Assembly (NCBI GenBank): GCA_964583985.1
Contig: CAZOYD010000007.1
Coordinates: 33,788-86,383, forward strand
Source of the DNA: an uncultured archaeon
Lineage (GTDB): Archaea; Asgardarchaeota; Lokiarchaeia; Sigyniarchaeales; SOKP01
Length of the DNA stretch: 52,596 bases
Direction of reading: 5' to 3'
Shown piece by piece: positions 46,710-52,596 of the stretch (position 1 is the first letter of the stretch; each line of letters begins with the position of its first letter). Under the pieces are notes generated by a model. That model saw only the letters and a program-made list of their open reading frames with translations, searched no databases and was not told the origin of the DNA. The position numbers and the translations under genes are program-made.

Positions 46710-47618
46710 TTAATTAAAAAGGTGTAAATCAAAAAAATTTAAGGCATTTTGAACCGTGATTTCGCTTACTTCCTTTTGAGAGGTATTATGAGAATAAGCA
46801 ATAGCAGCAATAGAGTATTTAACATTTGAAGGCACATTCAAAGGACCTCTTAAAAAAGGATGCTGATAATAGCTATCTGTTTCAGTTAATAAAGATTCAA
46901 GAGGGGCGTTCGTAGTTGCTCTTCGCCATTTATTTGTACTAAATGCTGAACTTGGAACAGAAAGCATGAATCCTTGTTGAGGTAGTATGGAACCATATAT
47001 ATCTGGACCTGAAAAACAATGCCATATTACTCTTTTTGGGCTAATATTATAATTTTCGAGTATACGAAGCATTTCTATTGTTGCTCCATCATCCGTGTTA
47101 AAATGATGAGTAGGATTTCTTTCATCCTTTTCATTTTCCGTCGCATTTCTAACATGTAATACATAAGGCTTATTAAAATCTTTAGTAATCTCAAAAATTT
47201 TTTCTAATTCTCTGATTTGTTTATTTCTTTTCTCTAAAGTTTTTGCGTGATGAAAATCTAAACCAATTTCACCAATTGCCAAATAATCGGATTGGCGAGT
47301 TTCAACATATTCTTTCCATTTCAACCATTCTTTATCATATTTCGGGGGTGGAGTATACGTAACTGTTTGCGGAGCCCATCCACAGGAAAATCCAATGTTG
47401 TTTTTCCCTTTAATGAATTTTAAAGTCATATTAAGTGTAATAATATCGATAGTACTCGTGATTAAATAGAGCCCTCCGGAATCGAAATAATTTTTTAATT
47501 GTTGTTCATCGGAGGGTAGACGATCATCGCTTTTTGGACGGGGAAAAGGGAGGTGGCAATGGACATCAATAAATTTAAGTCCATCTTCTGGTTCTGGAAC
47601 AATTATTTTCTTTGGCAT
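46710..47618 (-). CDS. tatD: TatD family metal-dependent DNase
   Basis: IDVHCHL, IGEIGLDF, LHVR, WHCFSG, TETDS. Confidence 0.9.
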   Translation of the reverse strand: MPKKIIVPEPEDGLKFIDVHCHLPFPRPKSDDRLPSDEQQLKNYFDSGGLYLITSTIDIITLNMTLKFIKGKNNIGFSCGWAPQTVTYTPPPKYDKEWLKWKEYVETRQSDYLAIGEIGLDFHHAKTLEKRNKQIRELEKIFEITKDFNKPYVLHVRNATENEKDERNPTHHFNTDDGATIEMLRILENYNISPKRVIWHCFSGPDIYGSILPQQGFMLSVPSSAFSTNKWRRATTNAPLESLLTETDSYYQHPFLRGPLNVPSNVKYSIAAIAYSHNTSQKEVSEITVQNALNFFDLHLFN

Positions 47619-47750
47619 TCTTATTTAGTATTGAAAGTATCAAAAGCATTTAATAGGAAAGTTATAAAAGAAATAAATAATTTCGCATGTATTAAATGAA
47701 ATCTCTTTATGCTAAAATTTTTATATAATTTCTCTTGTTAGGGTGTTATA

Positions 47751-48158
47751 ATGATTCAATCAATTTTAGAAAAGCTAAAGCTATTAGAGATTAGAAAATC
47801 TGACGCGTCTCCAAGGATTAAAGAACTAGAAGAAAAACGTGCAGAAGAGATAGCAGAAGTCAATAAGAAATATGACCACATGATAGATGATGTATCTACC
47901 GAAGTAAATGAATTTGAGAGAAGTATTTTAAAAGAATTAATTAGTTCGTTTATCAAAGTCATTATGGATGAATTTGATGCAAAGCGAAGCACTAGTGAAT
48001 ATATTCTCACGGATCAGTTTAGGGCGTTTAGAGAAGAAATGTCTGAAATTTCAATATTCCCTAAAGATTTCATATCCAGAATGGATAAAGTTATTGATGG
48101 AGATCCTATTGAAAACTTAGCTTATGATATTGAAAAAATTGAAGGAAAATATCAATAA
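47751..48158 (+). CDS. Hypothetical helical protein
   Basis: 135 aa ORF, charged helical composition, GGGTG upstream. Confidence 0.7.
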   Translation: MIQSILEKLKLLEIRKSDASPRIKELEEKRAEEIAEVNKKYDHMIDDVSTEVNEFERSILKELISSFIKVIMDEFDAKRSTSEYILTDQFRAFREEMSEISIFPKDFISRMDKVIDGDPIENLAYDIEKIEGKYQ

Positions 48159-48365
48159 ATATTCTTTTAAGGAGCAATTAAAGTGATTTAATAATGGAAA
48201 AACCATCATCATTCTCTAATTTATTAGTATCACATCTATTAGTCCATTGAACTTAATTCCTTTTTTCAATGAATTAAGAATAACAGAAATAATACCGGGA
48301 TATTAGACTAAAACTTATGGATATTTATTATTTTTTTATTTCAACAAGAAAAATAATTAAGAATC

Positions 48366-48548
48366 TTGCTCATGAATAAGGATACAATTGAAAAATTCAT
48401 TGATTTAGAAATTTTCCAAGAGGAAATCGAAATCTATAATGCTAAATTACGTCTATTAAATTGGCTTTATGACGAAATAAAGATTCAAAAAAATTACTCC
48501 AAAAATTTAATAAACGAATTAGGTCAAAAACTCCCTCTTAATGTTTGA
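48366..48548 (+). CDS. Small hypothetical protein
   Basis: 60 aa ORF with helical composition; no motif. Confidence 0.4.
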   Translation: MLMNKDTIEKFIDLEIFQEEIEIYNAKLRLLNWLYDEIKIQKNYSKNLINELGQKLPLNV

Positions 48549-49099
48549 GATTTAACATCAAGAATTTCTACAATTATTTCGATTAAAGAGTCATAAAAGC
48601 GATTAGATACATTTTTGTTTGGTAGATGAATAAAAATAACGGGATATTCCATTTTCGATATTCTGAAAGCTTGAAAATATACATAATTACATAAGTAATA
48701 ACCAGGGAAATTAGAAATTTTGATGTCTTTTAGTTGTGATTTAGCTAATTTTATTTTTTTCAAATCAACTATGGATTTAATTCTTAATTTATAGCCAAAA
48801 TCAATAAATCCGCATTTAAATGCATTATCCACATCAATACCAAACATAATATTCCATGAATATCGTTCAATATGAATCTTTGAGCCAGTATAACTTCCTA
48901 AAAGGAGTATTAAATGTGGAGGTTCATGTAATTTATCAAGATAATCCATATACTCACTAATACTCCTTTTCCAACTAACAGGTAAGATTACTTTTTCGAT
49001 TCTCTCTCCATTAATATATTTTGGCAACGTTGAAATTAAGATTTCACTAATATTTTCCTTAAATCTCCCAAATTTCTTAAAACCTGAGATTAAAATCAT
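48524..49099 (-). CDS. pcp: Pyroglutamyl-peptidase I (peptidase C15)
   Basis: ILISGFKKFG...NIS, LPVSW, IER, GYYLCNYVY, FIHLP (Glu-Cys-His triad). Confidence 0.8.
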   Translation of the reverse strand: MILISGFKKFGRFKENISEILISTLPKYINGERIEKVILPVSWKRSISEYMDYLDKLHEPPHLILLLGSYTGSKIHIERYSWNIMFGIDVDNAFKCGFIDFGYKLRIKSIVDLKKIKLAKSQLKDIKISNFPGYYLCNYVYFQAFRISKMEYPVIFIHLPNKNVSNRFYDSLIEIIVEILDVKSQTLRGSF

Positions 49100-49156
49100 A
49101 GTTCTTTATGATGTAATATTTAAAATAAAAAATAGAAATAAAAAAGCCTTAAATCT

Positions 49157-49573
49157 TTAAGGTTCTTGCTGTTTCAGTTTTTCTTCTGCTAATTTTTCAA
49201 GTTTTTTCTCAAGAGACTTGATTTGTTTTTCTTTTTCCTTTATTTGAGATTTCTTAACTCCATCAATATCATTCAATAACGTTTTTAATGCTTTTTCCTT
49301 TCCCTTGAGATATTTCTCATATTGAGTCTTCAAGGATTTTTCTTCTACAGTGAGTTTATCCCTTTTTTTAACCCAATTGCTTGCCTCTTCCTTGGCTTCC
49401 TTCAACTCTATTACTGTGTTATCGTACTTTTCTTTAGTGTCAATTATTTTGGCATCCCAATCTCCTTCAATCTTCTTTTCTGCTCCCGCTTCTTTCTTGG
49501 TGGCATCTTCTTCGATTCGGGTGATATCATCCTTTAAATTGCTAATTTGCGTCCTATATTCTTCTTCTGACAT
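49157..49573 (-). CDS. Hypothetical coiled-coil protein
   Basis: 138 aa, very K/E-rich heptads. Confidence 0.75.
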   Translation of the reverse strand: MSEEEYRTQISNLKDDITRIEEDATKKEAGAEKKIEGDWDAKIIDTKEKYDNTVIELKEAKEEASNWVKKRDKLTVEEKSLKTQYEKYLKGKEKALKTLLNDIDGVKKSQIKEKEKQIKSLEKKLEKLAEEKLKQQEP

Positions 49574-49844
49574 TTTAATTATCTTCTATTTAATTTCAAT
49601 TTCATTTAGGTTTTGATATCTTTATTAAGTTAAAAAATTTTTTTTTATTAGTTTTCTGTAGTATCCTATAGAAAAATTCAATAAAAAATTTTGATTAGAA
49701 GCATTTATTTTAATAATTATTGCTGTTACTTCACGTGTTACTTGGAGATTAGTTATTTTGATAAAACTTAAGATAATTAATTATAAATAATTTCATATAT
49801 TTCTACAATTAATTAAAATTCATTACAATAAGAGATATAGTAAT

Positions 49845-50459
49845 TTGGATTTAATCTCGATCATAAATTTTATTTCATTAATGTGCTCTTTTTTTATAAT
49901 GGCTTATTTTTATACATTAAGCATCCAACCAATGAAAAGATCAGCTAAATATGGTGATAAAGCTTGGCAAGATTGTAAAAATTTTCGTTCAATTGGTGGT
50001 TTTGGAGAATTACTTTCCGTAATTAACTTGGTTTTATGGATTTGGTTTCCCCTCCCGATCGTGAGCAGGTGGATAATCAGTTCGAATATATGGATTGGAA
50101 TTATCATCGGGATTTGTATAATGATCCCGTGTGTTATAATAATGATAAAGGGTATGAAGGACGCGGGTTCTGAAACACTCTCACCCTCGAAAGATACCAA
50201 AATGTATGGTGGAATTTATAATTATATTAGACATCCACAAACTCTCGGAGAGTTCCCCACATTCGTTGCAATTAGTTTTTTCTTCAATTCATGGTTTTTA
50301 GTTATCCTATCTTCAGTGTACATCATAATTTATACACCCATTATGATTCACTATGAAGAAATAGATCTTACTAAGCGATTTGGTGAAAAATATAAGGAAT
50401 ATCAAAAAAGAACTGGAGCTTTATTTCCGAAAATAGTAAAATCCTCAAAAAAAAATTAA
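49845..50459 (+). CDS. Isoprenylcysteine carboxyl methyltransferase / PEMT family membrane protein
   Basis: GIYNYIRHP, EE..L..RFGEKYKEYQKRT..LFP; multiple TM. Confidence 0.85.
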   Translation: MDLISIINFISLMCSFFIMAYFYTLSIQPMKRSAKYGDKAWQDCKNFRSIGGFGELLSVINLVLWIWFPLPIVSRWIISSNIWIGIIIGICIMIPCVIIMIKGMKDAGSETLSPSKDTKMYGGIYNYIRHPQTLGEFPTFVAISFFFNSWFLVILSSVYIIIYTPIMIHYEEIDLTKRFGEKYKEYQKRTGALFPKIVKSSKKN

Positions 50460-50478
50460 AAAATAATGTGAGATATAC

Positions 50479-50901
50479 ATGGAACAACATAAAAACACTA
50501 GAAAAATTAAAGAAAATAAGTATTTATATATAGCGTCAATTTCAATGTTAGTCTACTCATTGTTAGAAATAACAGATAGTATAGCAATTTTATTAATAGC
50601 AATTAATATCATCCCTAATATTTATATAGATTGGGGGATCCCTGTAATCCAACAACTAATGGAAACCCAACCTTTATCTCTCGCACCCCTTTTCTGGGCT
50701 TTTACGATGATGAGAGTTGTGTCCGCAATTGGGCTAATGAAAAATTTATTATGGGGATTTTGGATTGGAATGGGAAGTATAATCCTTACCATGATCCTAA
50801 CTATTTTATTTCTGCCAATTGGCACCTTAGAGCTTCTTGGGTGTGCAATAATCTTCATATTATTAGTTGTGGGGTATTGTAAAGATAAACCAATAATATA
50901 A
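50479..50901 (+). CDS. Hypothetical 4-TM membrane protein
   Basis: Four hydrophobic helices, 140 aa. Confidence 0.75.
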   Translation: MEQHKNTRKIKENKYLYIASISMLVYSLLEITDSIAILLIAINIIPNIYIDWGIPVIQQLMETQPLSLAPLFWAFTMMRVVSAIGLMKNLLWGFWIGMGSIILTMILTILFLPIGTLELLGCAIIFILLVVGYCKDKPII

Positions 50902-50963
50902 ACCAAAAATGGAGCGTTTTGATAAATATTAAATATGCTCAAAACACTTTTTTAGTGTAAAAA

Positions 50964-51611
50964 CTAAATTTTTCTTAGTCCAAGGATATATTCAAATCCA
51001 AAATGACAATCCTTATAATATTCAATTTTGAATGACTTAGTTTTAATGTATCTAATAATTGGGCGATGTATATTAATGCCCCATTTTAAATAATAATTAT
51101 CTATAAATGGATTTAATAATTTAAAAGGTTTTTTAGAGCTAAGTTTCATACCAACTATTGTAAATCTTCCTTTGGGTTTAAGCAAATTATAAACGATATC
51201 AATTGTATTAATATAGTTAGGAATTATAGAGATTGCGAAAGTACAAAGAGCTGCATCAAATTGTATAGTGGGATTATAATCATCGATATTCGCACATATT
51301 AACCTAATATTTGTCCATTTATTTTTAACTACTCTTCCTTTTGCATATTCTAGAGATTTCGGAGAAATATCAAGTCCAACAAGCGTTCCGTTATTTTTTA
51401 AATAATTTTCTATGATCTTGAAATTAAATCCTGTTCCACATGCAATATCAATAATATTCGAATCTGGTGTTAGTTCTAAGGATTTAATAGCAATTTTTCT
51501 ATATCGAGAATTTACAGTAGCTCAGCTAAATAATGAATCTAAATACCAAAATGCAAGATTATCTGAATATTCGTCAAATAAATCCTTGACTTTTTTATTA
51601 TCAAATGACAT
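50964..51611 (-). pseudogene. Class I SAM methyltransferase (UbiE-like) interrupted by one in-frame TGA at codon 30
   Basis: ATG 51611: MSFDNKKVKDLFDEYSDNLAFWYLDSLFS*ATVNSRYRKIAIKSLELTPDSNIIDIACGTGFNF..VGLDIS..FDAALCTF..LLKPKGRF; TGA at 51524-51522. Confidence 0.75.
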
Positions 51612-51708
51612 CTGATAACTTGAATTTCTTTTTTATTTTATCTTGTTAAATAGGTTAAACTGTTATATCTAAAATCTTTAATGATCTATAATGACATTGA
51701 TAGAGAAG

Positions 51709-52596
51709 TTAATTTAGCGACTCTCCTAAAGCTAAACGACATAAATCACTTAGAATGTAATTCTTAATACCCTTTCGAGAAACTTTAGAGCCCAGACTTT
51801 CTAAACACATCTGACAATTATATACACATACTTCAGCACCGTGATCGAGCATGTCATTAATGTTTTTATTTTGGGTTTCTCTCTGGAGCTTCGTTTTTCC
51901 AAAAACACCAAGAATTCCCGCACAACACAACGCATTTTGTCTATCATACTTGCGATCTACGCGTTCCACTCCAATTAATTCGCATATTTTATCAACCCAG
52001 TCATCCACTTCAGGAATAAAACGGTTTGAACAAGATCTTTGATAAGCCATCTTTAATTCTAACTTCTGGATCTCATTTTGATGCTCCTTTAGGAAATTGT
52101 AGAGATATTCATAAATATGAATGGCTTTGAAACTTTCGGGAAGTTCGATATTGTTTCTTGGACAATATGAAGCGTAAAAACCATAACATTCATCATGAAA
52201 ACAAATCATTTCCTTAATTCCTTGCCTTTTAATATTTTCAATTATGATTGGCGCTCTTTCCTTAATTACAGAATCTCTTGCATAATGATGATAAACCAAA
52301 TTGCAGAAAAAAGACCGACCACTAACGAATTGTAAATCATCAAAAAGCTTACCTTTCATTCGCTCCGCATTAATGTGTGCTAAACCACATTTATTGAGGA
52401 CAGGTTTTAAGGGATCTATATCCTTTACTCTCAAGTCTGGATGTGGTTTGAACCTCATGATAGTATTTTGTAGTACTTGAGGATTAATGTCTAAAGCATC
52501 ATATTTCTCTTGAAGTTCCGTTATCAAATCAAATGGATGAGAATTATAGGGACAATACTCATCACAAGCGAAACATGTCACGCACTCAGATAATAC
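51709..52596 (-). CDS. Fe-S oxidoreductase (HdrD/GlcF-like CCG domain), 5' end outside the window
   Basis: Frame open to window edge (..SECVTCFACDEYCP); HDECY, YQRSCSNR, LCCAG, NCQMC. Confidence 0.8.
   Translation of the reverse strand, partial: VLSECVTCFACDEYCPYNSHPFDLITELQEKYDALDINPQVLQNTIMRFKPHPDLRVKDIDPLKPVLNKCGLAHINAERMKGKLFDDLQFVSGRSFFCNLVYHHYARDSVIKERAPIIIENIKRQGIKEMICFHDECYGFYASYCPRNNIELPESFKAIHIYEYLYNFLKEHQNEIQKLELKMAYQRSCSNRFIPEVDDWVDKICELIGVERVDRKYDRQNALCCAGILGVFGKTKLQRETQNKNINDMLDHGAEVCVYNCQMCLESLGSKVSRKGIKNYILSDLCRLALGESLN

Noticed and set aside
826-52042. Numerous 60-270 aa ORFs antisense to or overlapping the called genes (e.g. 826-1086, 20571-21383, 31502-31933, 43680-44012, 51412-51615)
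   Set aside because: Shadow frames of well-supported genes, with no motifs of their own
1-52596. tRNA, rRNA, CRISPR array, transposase, integrase or intein
   Set aside because: No GC-rich structural RNA segment, spaced identical repeats or recombinase/intein motifs were seen by eye; dedicated tools could still find short elements

Overview
AT-rich, gene-dense archaeal chromosomal window. Gene content and GGTGA/GGAGG Shine-Dalgarno motifs fit an Asgard archaeon of the Lokiarchaeia type; this is an inference. It opens with a C1/energy block: mvhD-fwdG-fwdF(short)-fwdD-fwdB-fwdC without fwdA, then fdhD, an extended MvhG-like protein and hdrB. Housekeeping and metabolic genes follow (tRNA methylthiotransferase, class II RNR, AlaX, GDH-family enzyme, CooC, TatD, Pcp, several flavin/Fe-S oxidoreductases), along with surface/repeat proteins, a HEPN-MNT toxin-antitoxin pair and a bacterial-like DUF4256 gene. 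The best candidate for an undescribed system is at 19.8-26.0 kb: two tandem copies of a three-part membrane-anchored left-handed beta-helix acyltransferase cassette (A+B+C, then AB-fused+C). It resembles a split C-terminal polymerase region of epsilon-poly-L-lysine synthetase-type NRPSs, with no adenylation/carrier module in the window. Features missed by the ORF track include three genes that appear to start at ATT, two paralogous zinc-ribbon microproteins and a methyltransferase with an in-frame TGA. Also notable are a LITAF-like protein and a GDH homologue lacking the glutamate-specificity lysine. I saw no rRNA, tRNA, CRISPR array or transposase. All family calls come from motif recognition by eye, not database searches.
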